Positions 51,685 through 64,000 of a stretch of 64,000 bases of DNA are shown one piece after another. Every line of letters starts with the position of its first letter. Position 1 is the stretch's first letter. Below the pieces are notes generated by a model. That model had not been told where the DNA came from. It made no database searches and saw only the letters and a list, made by a program, of their open reading frames with translations. This stretch comes from Lama glama (lineage: Eukaryota). Location of the stretch: NCBI GenBank assembly GCA_028534125.1, contig CM052816.1:54748001-54812000 (forward strand), read 5' to 3'. A program made the translations under genes and the position numbers.

Positions 51685-51785
51685 GGAGGGTAATAACTCA
51701 GTAGCCGAGTGCATGCTTAGCATGCATGCACGAGGTCTTGGGTTCAATCCCCAGTACCTCCATTAAAAAATTAAAAAAAAAAAAG
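51685..51785 (+). mobile_element. tRNA-Ala-derived SINE (short form)
   Basis: tRNA head with a small internal catg duplication, then poly(A). Confidence 0.88.
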
Positions 51786-53159
51786 AGAAAGTATTTTAAA
51801 AAGGGCACAAGGAAGACAATTTTGCCTGAATATTCTGAACATTCTACTCTGAAGAATACTTTATCCTGAGAAGGTTTACATTTCATCACTACATTTTAGA
51901 AATAAATTTAAAAAAATACATGTTTTAATCTGAAAAATATTTCTCAAGATTTACTAAAAACAACTGGGGTCTCAAGACTGATGGAAAAAATTCAACACTG
52001 ATAACTAATACTTGGATTTAAATGACGTTCCTTGAACATAAGGTTAACCAAATTGCTTAAAGCTTACAAGAGACATGTTATATTTAAACTTCCAGACATA
52101 TGATTCTTTTTCTGTAATTTGAATTGTAAATTATGAAAAGGTTTAATTTAAGAAAATGGTGCCTATTTAATATTATTTTTCTCTGTGAAGAAATTAAAAA
52201 CTATTCCTCTAGGAATCTAAAGACAGATAGACACACCCTTCTTAAATAAAAATTCTTCATTAAGTAGAATCTTTTGGGCGGATACTTTCATAATAGCTTT
52301 TTTCTCTTTCTGAAACAAAAGCATCAATTTCTCTACTACATATTCCCAAAGAGGAATATTTTCCACCCTAGCGCTATAGAAAGAAATGCTACTTCCCTTG
52401 AGTCACGCAGGCCGGGAGGAAAAAACCTCCTGCCGGAGCTGACCCTAACTTTCCATGGAAGAATGAAGCTGTGTACATTTCTCTCCCAGAAGGTGAGAAA
52501 ATTTATTTTTTTCTGGTCACGTAACTGCCCTTAACCTCCAGATCCATTTAAATTTGCATGTTTGGATGAAAAGAATGAATTTTTTTTAACCCAAAATATA
52601 TACTTCCTTATCCTTGGCAAACAGATCTAGCCTTTTCCTGTGATGTTTCCTTGCACTAATGTGATATTCTTTTCTCAGGAAGTTTCTCAACTGTAAAAAT
52701 ACCAGATGAGAAAACAGAAACTAACTTTAAGTCTGAGCTGTATTCAAGCTAAACTGCTTAGAGGCAAATTCAGGGAAATAGTTACCATCTCAGCGGCAGG
52801 CCCCGTGGGCGACTGGACAATATGACAACTAACAACTCAAGAGAGAACTCTCCTAAAAGTGTCATCTTTAAATCTAGTAGGTATTGCTTCAAGCAACAGA
52901 TGCAACTCCTCTATTTCATTTCCTAAGCATTTATGTCTGGTGCATTTCAACTCTCCTAATGACTTATGGGAGTTGCAATTATTCTCTATTAAAAGTCATC
53001 AACTGCTGTGAAACCTTAAAAAAACTGTACTATTGAGGAAGGCAGGAATCATGCATCTCCAACTATGAATCTCTCATGCCACCTCATAAGTCCCAGCACG
53101 TGACCAATGATTAGAACACGTCTGCTAAGCGAAAAAGAAAGAATCCTCTTTCCAACAAC

Positions 53160-53372
53160 CTTGGCAATCTCATTAAGAATGTCCTGGTATTTATTTTTGG
53201 ATGACACATGTCCAGTCTGTTCCAATGTCCGAAGATTCCTCTGGATTTTCCTCTTCTTCTGCTCGAGGGGCAGCTGTGCATCTTCAGCCATGGACTGGCT
53301 ATGGTTCGCATCTTCAGGAGTCCTTGAATCGATAATGGCGCGGCTCACCATGTCTGCGGCATGATCTATCTC
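53160..53372 (-). CDS. IQGAP2: IQGAP2 internal exon (213 nt): EIDHAADMVSRAIIDSRTPED...KYQDILNEIAK
   Basis: ctttccag| acceptor, AAG|gttgtt donor; part of track ORF 53049-53399; start of the RasGAP C-terminal (RGCT) region. Confidence 0.95.
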
Positions 53373-53742
53373 CTGGAAAGGGAATATTGAGATGTTCATT
53401 CGTCTCTGATTTCCTATCCTCTATTCAGAAGCTGCACAAGGCAAGTTAATGTCAAAATGAAAGGAGTCTTCGAGCCAAAGTTCAGAGCCCAGAATCACAA
53501 TATGTTCTTCTTGGGTTTTGAAGTAGGTCTTTGGTAAGGAATTACTTCGTCTTTCTGAGGAAACTGAGGCACAGACATATTTCTAAGTGCCTAGAGTTAG
53601 AGAATTAGGAGGTGCAGAGCTATACTTGATCTCTGAAGTCTGTACTTTAGGGATTATGCTACATTTGGGGGAAAATAAAATATTCAATAAGGACTAAAAT
53701 TTTCCTACTCAATTAATACAAGTCACTTAAAAATATTCAAAC

Positions 53743-54205
53743 TTTACAATGGAATACTATTCAGCCATAAAACTGACAACATAACGCCATTTGCAGCAAC
53801 ATGGATGTTCCTGGAGAATGTCATTCTAAGTGAAGCCAGAAAGAGAAACAAAAATACCATATGAGATCGCTCATATGTGGAATCTAAAAACCAAACCAAA
53901 CCAAACCAAACCAAACCAAAACATAAATACAAAACAGAAACAGACTCATAGACATAGAATACAAATTTGTGGTTGCCAAGGGGGATGGAGGGTGGGAAGG
54001 GACAGACTGGGATTTTAAAATGCAGAATAGATAAACAAGATTATACTGTATAGCACAGGGAAATATATACAAGATCTTGTGGTAGTTCACAGTGAAAAAA
54101 AATGTGACAATGAATATGTGTGTTCATGTATAACTGAAAAATTGTGCTCTACACTGGAATTTGACACAACATTGTAAAATGACTATAACTCATTTAAAAA
54201 TGTTA
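53743..54205 (+). mobile_element. Young 5'-truncated LINE-1 (ORF2 end + 3' UTR), antisense in an IQGAP2 intron
   Basis: tacaatggaatactattcagccataaaa...gcagcaacatggatg L1 ORF2 end; 14-bp TSD aaaaatattcaaac (53729-53742, 54206-54219) at a TT/AAAA site. Confidence 0.93.
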
Positions 54206-55022
54206 AAAAATATTCAAACATTAACAAACTTCAGATAACCTGACATTTTATACAGAATTTTTAAAAAATTAAAAACCATGACAGGATGATTTCTTGGCAA
54301 CCAATTAAATTAAGAATGATTCAGGAAAATTATGTGTAGGCCTGGTATGAAGTAACTAAATAGATAATTTTGTTAGCGTTTGTCTAGGCAGTGGCAGTTA
54401 TTGAAACTGAAGCAAAACACTGAAATTAATTCAGAACAAACAACATAATGATGCATTTTAAAGGATGCTGGTAAGCAATTTAATGGAAGACTGTTAGAAA
54501 ACTTTACTTACACCAGGATAATGGTGCTCTGACCTAATGGACTCCAGATGGTCGCTTCTGAAGCACTTGGAAACAGTTTTAACATGTGAGACATTTCTTC
54601 GTTTCTTCAAATTAGCAAACACATAAAATATGGAAGGTATTTTTCTACATCCTGTCGACCACAACGATCTCTTATGTGACTTATCTGCCCATCCACTGGG
54701 CAATATGTACAGTCTCCATTTTTAGGTCATCCATTCTTTTCATCCCTTATTTCCTAACTCAGTGTTCAAAGCTTATGATGAACATTCAGAGCTTTGAAAG
54801 ACCCAGAACGATCTAGCTAGTCTAGGACAAAATCTTTCAGCATAAACTCAGTGCTGCATTTCTCTATTTCATTCCTGGTGACAGTCCATGATTTTATGTA
54901 TAGCTGAACTCGGGTGAATTCCTTACGTCCAAACTGAGATGTAAATACCTGGCATGAAGGTTCATTAATAAAATCAACTCATACCTAAGGGGCTTATTAT
55001 TTTACACTCTAAGGCCAACTAC

Positions 55023-55110
55023 CTGTTTTGTAGTTGCTGGTGTCTCCAAGATGTCCGTCAACGTGCTCCCTGGTTGATTCCGGATCACGTCAATGATCAG
55101 CTTTTTGGTT
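55023..55110 (-). CDS. IQGAP2: IQGAP2 internal exon (88 nt): TKKLIIDVIRNQPGSTLTDILETPATTKQ
   Basis: ttttgtaag| acceptor, CAG|gtagtt donor; in frame with flanking exons. Confidence 0.94.
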
Positions 55111-57125
55111 CTTACAAAATAGAGAAAGAAGAGACAGGCTTTCAGACAGCAGTCTTGATGCACAAAGATCTGTTTCTCCTGAGAGAGTGCACAAACACAT
55201 ACAAAGATGAAACTTCAAAGAGAATCCCTTAAAATTAAACTGTCTCGCAGAATGTCTGCTGTAAGGCTCCTGAAAGTTCGTGAATGCTTGATAATCAAAT
55301 TCTGGGTTTTATATACTTGGTGTTGTCAGGTTATACCGTCAGTAACATGGACACAAGTACATGTCGTAGGATTCCTTATCTAAGCACCTTTTTTTCTTTT
55401 TCGACTGAGAGCACTTTTTCATCAGGAGGGACTGTATCACCTGAGACTGTGGAGGATGCAGGAATGATACCTAATGTTCCCTTTTCCTGACTTTAAAAAC
55501 ATTTAAACTTCTGAGCCTGTTTAAAACATCATAAGCCTTCCTGCTTTGAGAAAGCTAGGGAACACTGTGAGGGCCACTGGGGAGTACAAGTCCCGTGTGG
55601 GCTGTGGAGTTTTGGCTGCTGCCTGACACAGCAGCCAGGAGGATGGGCGTACCTCAGGTCTGGTGGAGAGACTGACCCATCGGCATGGGTCCTTGTCTTC
55701 AGATGGGAGCGAACAGGAGAGCTGCTCAGGAACAAGAGCTGGAAACCCGCCCCCGTTAGTGCTAAAACCATCCATTTTTTCATATGTGTTCTTTACGGTA
55801 ATCAGCCACCCCTTCCTATTCAAAGATCAGGTTACGTAACTATGTGAGAAGATTTTAACATAAAAGGCAAAGAAAGGGTCAAGTGTGCTCACTTTTACAT
55901 AAGAGGGAACATTATTGGACATTGCATCCCTTCCTGAAAAAGGGGAATATACACAGAAGTTGCCTTAAATTACAAACAGGTCTAACCAATGTCTGAAGTT
56001 TCACTCTCATTGCGTTTAACCTCAGTTCTTTCCAAGGTATTATGTGACATCACTGGATGATGAATTTCTTCCTCAACTCCAGCAGGAAATGTTCACATGG
56101 CACGAAAAATGGAAAATTGAAACAAACCATTGTTCGTGTTTTGAAGCATCAGGGCAACTGCTCCCTCATGACAAAAGGAAACTGTCAAAGTTATTAAAAT
56201 ATATTATTTTTGAAAAAAAGATACTATCCAGTAAACCATGTGTAAACATTGTTTTTCTCCTTACTTGCTGCATGTCTGTATGAGAAGAATGATCACAACC
56301 ATTTCCTCTGACCTTGACCCTTCCCTGCCGGGGGTTTATGGGCTGTCTGGGAACGCACAGAGAAATGCTCCCCCGAGAGTCAAAGGTGGGCACACGGCTC
56401 AGTACAGCCACGTGGGAGATGGCACTGTTCCCAAGACGGCTGCGGCTTAGAGAGCCAAGTATGGTTTCCTTCCCACACAACTCCCTCCTCCACTCATCAC
56501 TACAAATGCATTAAACAGGAACAGTGAGTTAAAAATAAAAAGCTTTGGGTGATTAAAAAAGATGTAAACACAGTGACTGTCTCTTATTTGCAGTAATATT
56601 CTAGGAACAACTTAACGATACATGCTTCCAGGAAACTCCCAGCTGGACTCTTTAGAGAAGCTATCTGATGACCGAAATGACCAGGGTCATGAAAGTGTGT
56701 CCTGCCAGGGACAGAGAATGTCCGTTTGTTCAGGGGTGGCTAGGGACCAACTGCTCATAAAGCCTTTCTCTTGAATTTCGACTTTATGTCAGGCATCCAC
56801 CGGAATCCACTGCCAAAGTTCCACCTGAGACGTCTTACATGTAAGTAAGCATCCAGCCTCAAGGCAGGGAACTCACCACCTCGTCCTGCAGGATGCCTGA
56901 TGGTTGAGGACAGTGAGGTCAGAAAGATGTAAGGTAGAATCGGGGCTCCCGTTGCTTACTGAGTGTGTGGACTGGTACAAATTACATAGTCCCTATAGGT
57001 CGTTTTTTTTTTCCATTTATATAACGGCAGCTCTCAGCAGACTGATGTGACGACTGAATAGAAGGCGCACATAAAGCCTCTGACTAGGGCCTGACACGTG
57101 GTCGGCACTCACGTGGTCACTAAAG

Positions 57126-57448
57126 CTGTGCTGCCCAAGATGGCAGCCACTGGACGCAGGTGGCCAGCGAGCACCCAAGACACTGCTGGTCCAAACTGAG
57201 ATGCGCTGGAAGTGCAAACACACACCACGTTTGGAAGGCTCAGTACAAACAAATGAATGTACAATATACCCAATATATCACCAACAAGTTTTTATACTGA
57301 TTACATTTCCAAATGACAACATTTTGGATATACAGGAGTAAATAAATCTATTAGAATTAAGTTCCCCTGTTTCTTTTTAAAACATGGCTTCTAGAAAATT
57401 TAAAATGACTTGTGTGGCTCACATTAAATCTCTTTTGGAGAGCGCAGC
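57126..57448. mobile_element. MER33-like hAT-Charlie element
   Basis: ctgtgctgcccaagatggcagccact...ctagaaaatttaaaatgacttgtgtggctcacatt. Confidence 0.8.
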
Positions 57449-57810
57449 ATTGGAAAGTCCAATTTTAAATGGGAAGCTCACTCTGAGAGGCCAGCCTTCC
57501 ATCCAAGGGCAGTCCACTCACGGGACTTGCTGAGTCACAGGACTTCAGCACTGAGGGGGACCTTTGGGAAACACTCCCATCTCTGGTTTTACAAAGGAGG
57601 CAACTACAACCTAAGAGGTTCAATGGTTACACAAGGTCACACTCTATTTTCTAGACTTGCAGAAAGCATGCTGACTTCCCTTTCCACGTCATCAGCCTCC
57701 CATGAGCCTACAGAAAGTGCTACAGTTGTGTCTCCAGTCTGTCTTCTACTACCTTTCTTTTTTGCAAGTGAAACCCCTCAATTCCTTAAATGTCTTCACA
57801 ATAGGATTTA

Positions 57811-57913
57811 TTTTAATTAAAAAAATTTTTTTTAATGGAGGTACTGGGGATTGAACCCAGGACCTTGTGCATGCTAAACACATGCTCTACCACTGAGCTA
57901 TACCCTCCCTGCA
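57811..57913 (-). mobile_element. tRNA-Ala-derived SINE (short form) with perfect 13-bp TSD
   Basis: TSD acaataggattta at 57798-57810 and 57914-57926. Confidence 0.93.
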
Positions 57914-60369
57914 ACAATAGGATTTAAACAGAGTTTCTAGTCCTCCTCACATATCAGTTTTCCAAAGACTTTAAGACACGTCCCCTCCCCACCGCGATGC
58001 AAACACAATATTCTAGGTATGGTCTGACCAGCATAGATCAACTAGTTGGAATTTTGGCTCTGTGGCTGAATCTGTTAAGACAGGCTGATCAAACCAAGGA
58101 CTCTGCCACCTTCCCTCAATGAGGAAAGTTAAGGGGAAAGAAAAAAAAAGAAATACACCAGGGAGTTTATTCATCATAGTTGTGCTCAAATCCCACTGTC
58201 AGTAAATGAGATCACATGGTGCTTGTAAACTGGTGTGGCCCCTTAGGTTTGGCCGTTTCACTCACAGGGTGTCTGTTATCACACTCTGAGGAGGGTCATT
58301 CCTGAGCCTCCCCCTCTGCCACCTGCCTTCTGTACAGTGTGCTCGAGGCTGAAAAGGAATTAGTGTTTGTGGAAGCTAAAACATACTTCCAATTGTTTAA
58401 AATTTGAATAACACGATTACACATTTTTATCACCAGACCTCAAATATCCCCTTAGCTATGAATGCTCATTCCAGTCTGGATGAAAAGCAAAGAAATCTTC
58501 CAGATGGGATGATGGATGCCTAAACTGAATTATGTGCTAGAAAAAAATTCTTAAGAGATGACGACTTAAGCACTCAGGCAGCTAAATACGATTAAAAACC
58601 ACAAATATGACCTTCTACCTACACACATACTTCTGTAGAAAAACAAGCTTAATTAAGGCCATACGGATCACATATTTTACGCTGAATCATAAATTACAAT
58701 GAGAGAGACTAATGGTTGTATAGTTCTTTATAATTTATCAGGTGTCACTGTGAGAGTTCATTTACTCTTCATAGTCCTCCCTCCCCTTTCTCTCTCCCCT
58801 CTTCTCCGGGGGATGGATGAGGAAGCTAATGGATAAATGATTTGCTTAGAGTTCAGTGGCTAAGGTGTGAGATTGGGGCTGTAATCCCAGGTCTTCCTAG
58901 GACGCCTCCACCAGGCTTTATTCTGTTTGTTCTTTTAATACCACCATGCTTGGTAGTATTGGCAAAATAGCAATAGCCCAGACTGAGGCTCTCTAGCCCA
59001 TGAACCTAGGGAAATGACACAAAGAAAATGTTTCTTCCTATTCCAGGATGTGCCTTCACATCCCTCACCTCTCTAAGTCATTCCTTCTCTTTGGTCTGGA
59101 AAGATGCCCCAGCATCAGTTATGCAGTAACTGCTCTATCATTCCCATTGTTTATTCTAAGACTCCTAAGGGCACAAAGAGCACTGACCTTGCCCCCAAGT
59201 TGTAAAACCTTGTGATCAAGAGTGTAGACCCAGAAAGATTTAAGATGCTCTGGGTTTGAATCTGGGCTCCACTTCCTAGCTGTACTACCAGGAAAGGGTT
59301 TTTGTCTGCTCTGTGCCCAGTTTCCTCATATGTAAAATGGAGGTGCTAACCTCTACCTCTTGGAGTTGCTGAGAGTATTACATGACCTACATGTTACTAT
59401 ATTTGTTATCTATATCCACATCCGTATCTTTACCTTCGTGTATAGCTGTGTCTATAGGACAGGCCCTGGCACATGGTAAGCACCACACAGGTGTTGGCTA
59501 GAGTTATCATCTTCATCCTCATGTAATTATGAATTTCATAAGAATTATGAAACTAGCATGGAATCGAATTTACAAGCATAAGGGTTAACAGTGCCCCAAA
59601 TTCTGCTCCTGCAGGAACCCTCATGAAGATGAATTAGTCGTCATTAGAAAGCTAGTGATTTTGTAATTAATAAGAGGTGGGCATTTCTCAAAGTTAAAAA
59701 CACAATCTCTTTAACAAGGAGGTGAAACAGTTTGACAGAGAAAACTCAGGTATTTTCATGTCTCAATAACTCTGCATCCCATGATTGTCTACTTCATAGT
59801 AACTTCTGAAAAGCACTGTCAGTTTGGTTCTCTAGAACCAAAGAGTCTCAAAAACTATATTGCATGTTTTAGTTAGGAATTGGGTGTATTAGTTTGGAAG
59901 AAAGTCATCCCTAGTCAACCTGAGTTTTCAAATCAGTATTTCTAAGGGTGTATTAATGGATATCAATGGCATTGTGGATTTAAAGCATGTCAGTAACTAG
60001 GTACTTGCTTCTCCTAATTTTAGACTTTAATTTTCTCAGCCCAAAGATAGAGACTTAGTCTAGACAGCCTCCAAGCTCTCTGTCAAAGACACATTTTATA
60101 ATTTTCTGTTAGCATCAAGATTTTGAAATATATATTTAAGGTGTACTGTATCTGTAAGTAAGTCTTGCCTCACATCATGGAGCAAACTCTACTGACCCTT
60201 TGGGCGACACCCAAATTCCACTTTCAAGAAAGGCTACTTGGTCAATCTTCATTTCAAGTTGTTACTCACAATGATCACTGGGCTGCTTGGGGAAGGAGTC
60301 TGCCAACAGCAGGATCTCAAAGTATGCCCAGAGGAAGCTTTCTAGGCCTCAGTGGCCTATGAAAGCAGT

Positions 60370-61635
60370 GAATTATCAAATCTATTAAAACCGTGGCTCC
60401 AAAGCCATTTTTGTGTAAATGGAAAAGTTGATCCTCCAGTTCACGTGGAATGGCAAGGAACCCAAGGAGCCAAAAGTATCGTGAAAAAGAACAAGTTGGA
60501 GGGCTCATACTTCCTAATTTCAAAACTTGCTGCAAAGCTATAGTGATAAATACGGTGTGGTACTAGTGTAAGGACAGATCAGTGCAATAGAATTGACAGT
60601 CTAGGAAACTATACGTGTACGGCAAATTGGCTTTTGACAAGCGTGCCTCGACCATTTAATAGAGAAAGAATAGTCTCTTTAAGGAACGGTAAGTGGACAA
60701 CTGGACACCCACACGCAAAAGAGTGTTGTTGGGCAGCAACCTTACACTATACACAAAAATCAGCTCAAAAGGGATCATGGACCTAAATGTAAAAGCAGAA
60801 ACTACAGAACACTTAGAAAAAAACAGAGGAGTAAATCCTCATGATCTTGGATTGGGCAATGAATTCTTACATATGACACCAAAAGCACAAGAAACAAGAA
60901 AAAATAGGTAAACTGGACTTCACTAAGTTAAAAAACGTTTCTACAGAAAAGGATATTCCCAAGAAAATAAAAAGACAACCCAGAAAACGGGTGAAAATAT
61001 CTGCAAATCATCTAACGTGTGTGACATCATGTGTCAAAACACATAAAGAACTCTTACAACTCTGCAACAAAAAGACAAACAACCCAATTAAAACATGGGC
61101 TGAAGCCTTGAATAAACATTTCTACAAAGAAGATAATGCAGATGGCGAACAAGCACATGGAAAGACACTCAACATCATTAATCATCAGGAAAATGCAAAT
61201 CAAAACCAGTGAGACACTACTTCATACCTACTAGGATGGCTACAACAAAAAACAAAACAGAAAATAAATTTTGGTAAATCATGGAAAAACTGAAACTCTC
61301 GTACCTTGTTGGTAGGAGAAGCCAAACTCAAAAGGCCACATATTGTATGATTCCAATTATATGAAATTTTCAGAATAGGCAAGTTCATGGAGACACAAAG
61401 CAGGTGACTGATTGCCAGGACTGGGGAGCGGGGCCTGAAAAGATGCCCCAGGGGCATTGAAGAATGACAGCTTAATGGGTATGGGGTTACTTTTGGGGTG
61501 CTGAAAATGTTCTGGAACTAGGCAGTAGTGACACTTGCACAACATTCTGGAGATACTAAATGCCACTATATTGTATACGTTAAAAGGTCAGAATGGTACA
61601 TTTTATATTGTGTGCATTTTACCACAAAATACAAA
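60370..61635 (+). mobile_element. Old L1M fragment (degenerate ORF2 3' part + 3' UTR)
   Basis: Track ORFs 60693-60911 (LTLYTKISSKGIMDLNVK...DLGLGNEFLHMTPKAQ) and 60991-61212 (KKTNNPIKTWA) resemble the L1 ORF2 C-terminus with frameshifts. Confidence 0.92.
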
Positions 61636-61966
61636 AGTAAATAGATGAACAAAATCCCTGGCTGGCTCGGGACGGTATGCTGATGAAAGAAGGAGACAGT
61701 GTTTGCTTCCAGCACACAGCTGGGGGAAGATGGGGGACAGACACAGAGGGTCTGAAGCAGATAGGACAAGGTACCAGGTCTCCCTGGCTAAGACACATTG
61801 CTGCCCAACATGTCTGACCTTCATGGTGTTGCTTTTAAAATGTGAATTCCAACAGTCTGCAGAACCACAGAGAACATGAGACTTGCTCACATTCAGAAGT
61901 AAGTATAAATACATATGATGTTCAGACTACTTGGTATTTTAGACTACTCAATTGTGATCTTCATTA

Positions 61967-62103
61967 TTTAAAATTTTTTTTTTGTGGGAGGGGAAGGTAA
62001 TTAGGTTTATTTGTTTATTATTTTTTATCAAACGGAGTGACTGGGATCGAACCCATGATGTGCATGTTAAGCATGTGCTCTACCACTGAGCTATACCCTC
62101 CCC
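61967..62103 (-). mobile_element. tRNA-Ala-derived SINE (long form)
   Basis: Same head and tail; cttcatt on both flanks. Confidence 0.9.
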
Positions 62104-63406
62104 ACCTTCATTCATTACTAATGCAGACATTTGACTTGGCTGCGTTTCGAAAATGGTGTTCAAATAACAGACAAAACGAATTATGAAAAAAATTTCTTCC
62201 CATTACCTCTAAAGGACAAAGCTTATGAGATCATAGGACACTCAGCCTAATTTAATTTGCATGGTGGAACCACACAATCTGTATTTCCAGTTACTTTGGT
62301 AATTGGCACACGCTCTGAAGAACCCAGGGAGCTGCTTTTACAGTTTCCCCCTTTTCTCTGCTGCCCTGCCCTGGGTTGGCGCTCTGCAAGTTCAATCCGG
62401 CTTGGTCATCAGTTGTCTAAAAGAACTGCCTGAACTCTTATGAGGCCAAGGTTGTGTAGGAGTCCTGCAGGCTGTCCTGGGTCCCATAGGTGAGCTCTGC
62501 TCTCCATCAGACTCCAGACCTCTGGAAGGCGGGGACCATTAGTGGCTTGCTCAGTGCTGTATCCCCAGCCTCAAGCGCACTGCCCTAGACACAGAGTAGA
62601 TACTCAAATATTTGGCTATATGAACGAAGGAGCCTTAGAGATCATCTGAGTACAAAATAAACAAGCCTAATAGAAGCAGCACATATTGCAACACAGCACA
62701 CTAAGTCCCCCTCCACATTTTTTTTTTTTTACCATTTTTCAAGAGTGAATATGTGGAAATGTGGGGAAAAAATCAACGAGAAATGAGTGTCGTCTGAAGC
62801 ATGTCAGTGGCAGAACAGAAAGCTCCTGCCACAAATGAAAACAGCCTCAGAACTCAGGACATGCAGCCTGGAAGTCATGTGTCAAGTATGATGTAAATAC
62901 TTATTTCCTTTTGTCCGCATTTCCCACCTCACCCCAACATGCAGCTGTCCTAATGTGCTAATGCACATCCTTTTGTTTATGTTAGTCCTTAAAACCTGTA
63001 TTGTTTGGTAAGCAGCTGTTTTCGGTTCATGGGGTTTTGATTTATGGTGACGGATCATTTTTTCCTTACTCTGTGTATAAAGGACTGATGTGGAATATCT
63101 GGAGGCCTTGACAGAAAAGAATACAGTATTGATTAAAAGTGTGAATGCTTCATTTGAAATCTTTGAGGGCAGGAAGTAGGGTATAAATAAAGTCAAACTT
63201 GGTCAAGATATCCAGGCTTAGTTTAATAGGAAAGAAGTCTAATAAATTAGATAACAGCATTACGTCTTATCATGTGTGCCTTTTATACCACGAAATAAAT
63301 TTGGTTCAAGGTATTTCCCTCACTAACCTTTGGACCACTCTGAAACAAATATTTCCCTTCAGTTACCTGAGGACTTTCACAGGCTGAGCCAGTCACTTCA
63401 TTTCTT

Positions 63407-63566
63407 TCTTTCTTTCCTTTTTTTTTTTTTTTGCGGGGTATGGGGCTGTTAGGTTTGTTTGTTTGTTTGTTTGTTTGTTTGTTTAAATGACAGCATTGGG
63501 GTTGAAAGCAGGACCTCCTGCATGCTAAGCATGTGCTCTACCACTGAGCTGTACCCTCCCCCACCA
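63407..63566 (-). mobile_element. tRNA-Ala-derived SINE (long form) with perfect 14-bp TSD and internal (TTTG)n
   Basis: TSD tcacttcatttctt at 63393-63406 and 63567-63580. Confidence 0.93.
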
Positions 63567-63820
63567 TCACTTCATTTCTTAAAGGAATCAAATTACTACA
63601 AGGAAAACAAAAACAAGACAAGCTTTAGGAAGTATGATAATATTTAGTTCCTTCTTAAATTATAAAGAGTCTATTATCCTTTGGGTAGATGTCTGATGGA
63701 TAAATATATTTCAATATTGATATATTTTTAAATGAAGCATTTGAGGATGTAGCCTTATCTGAATCTGCACGGTTTAAGGCGCAGGATTCGAGACATGCGT
63801 TCTCTAAACCCCCAACTTAC

Positions 63821-63962
63821 TTGATCATGAGGCTCTGGCCGTCTATTGCTTCACCATCCCCTAAGTCGTACTTGCTTGTCAAGAAAAGGGAAATCTCTGT
63901 CTTGGCAAGTTGGTTTAATGTGTTTACCTTGTCAGGGTCATTGGGGTCCACAGCTCCTTCCC
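63821..63962 (-). CDS. IQGAP2: IQGAP2 internal exon (142 nt): (G)EGAVDPNDPDKVNTLNQLAKTEISLFLTSKYDLGDGEAIDGQSLMI(K)
   Basis: ttctacag| acceptor, |gtaagt donor; translation matches the IQGAP2 region after the GRD; phase continues into the next exon. Confidence 0.95.
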
Positions 63963-64000
63963 CTGTAGAAAACAATACATATTATTCTTCTTCCAATTCA

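Noticed and set aside
53049..53159. In-frame read-through past the IQGAP2 exon donor as an alternative C-terminus
   Set aside because: Short chance open frame; the downstream exons complete the conserved protein, and retention cannot be shown from DNA.
55111..63820. Nested F2RL2 (PAR3), known to lie within an IQGAP2 intron
   Set aside because: No GPCR-like ORF in the introns shown; it should lie further 5' in IQGAP2, outside the window.
1..64000. CRISPR array, operon or other novel multi-gene system
   Set aside because: The sequence is spliced mammalian DNA; no regularly spaced repeat-spacer array or unexplained long ORF was seen.

Overview
Mammalian genomic DNA, most likely camelid (inferred from about 14 copies of a tRNA-Ala-derived SINE resembling the Vic-1 type). 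Two protein-coding genes lie on the minus strand. (1) The complete thrombin receptor gene F2R/PAR1: exon 1 CDS 33048-32961 in a CpG island, a 10,054-bp phase-1 intron, exon 2 CDS 22906-21711, 427 aa in total, with a ~2-kb 3' UTR. (2) The last seven exons of IQGAP2 (63962 down to the stop at 44631; poly(A) signal near 43775). The rest is ordinary intronic/intergenic sequence rich in SINEs, L1/L2/MIR fragments, MER/Tigger DNA transposons and a dense solo-LTR cluster between IQGAP2 and F2R. I found no new multi-gene system. The most notable signal is the PAR1 activation site, which reads T-F-R-L-R41/S-F-F-L-R-N: it lacks the P2 proline of the usual DPR/S site and has a rewritten hirudin-like/APC-ligand segment. 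Repeat family names come from recalled consensus similarity, not a database search, and repeat boundaries are approximate unless TSDs are given.
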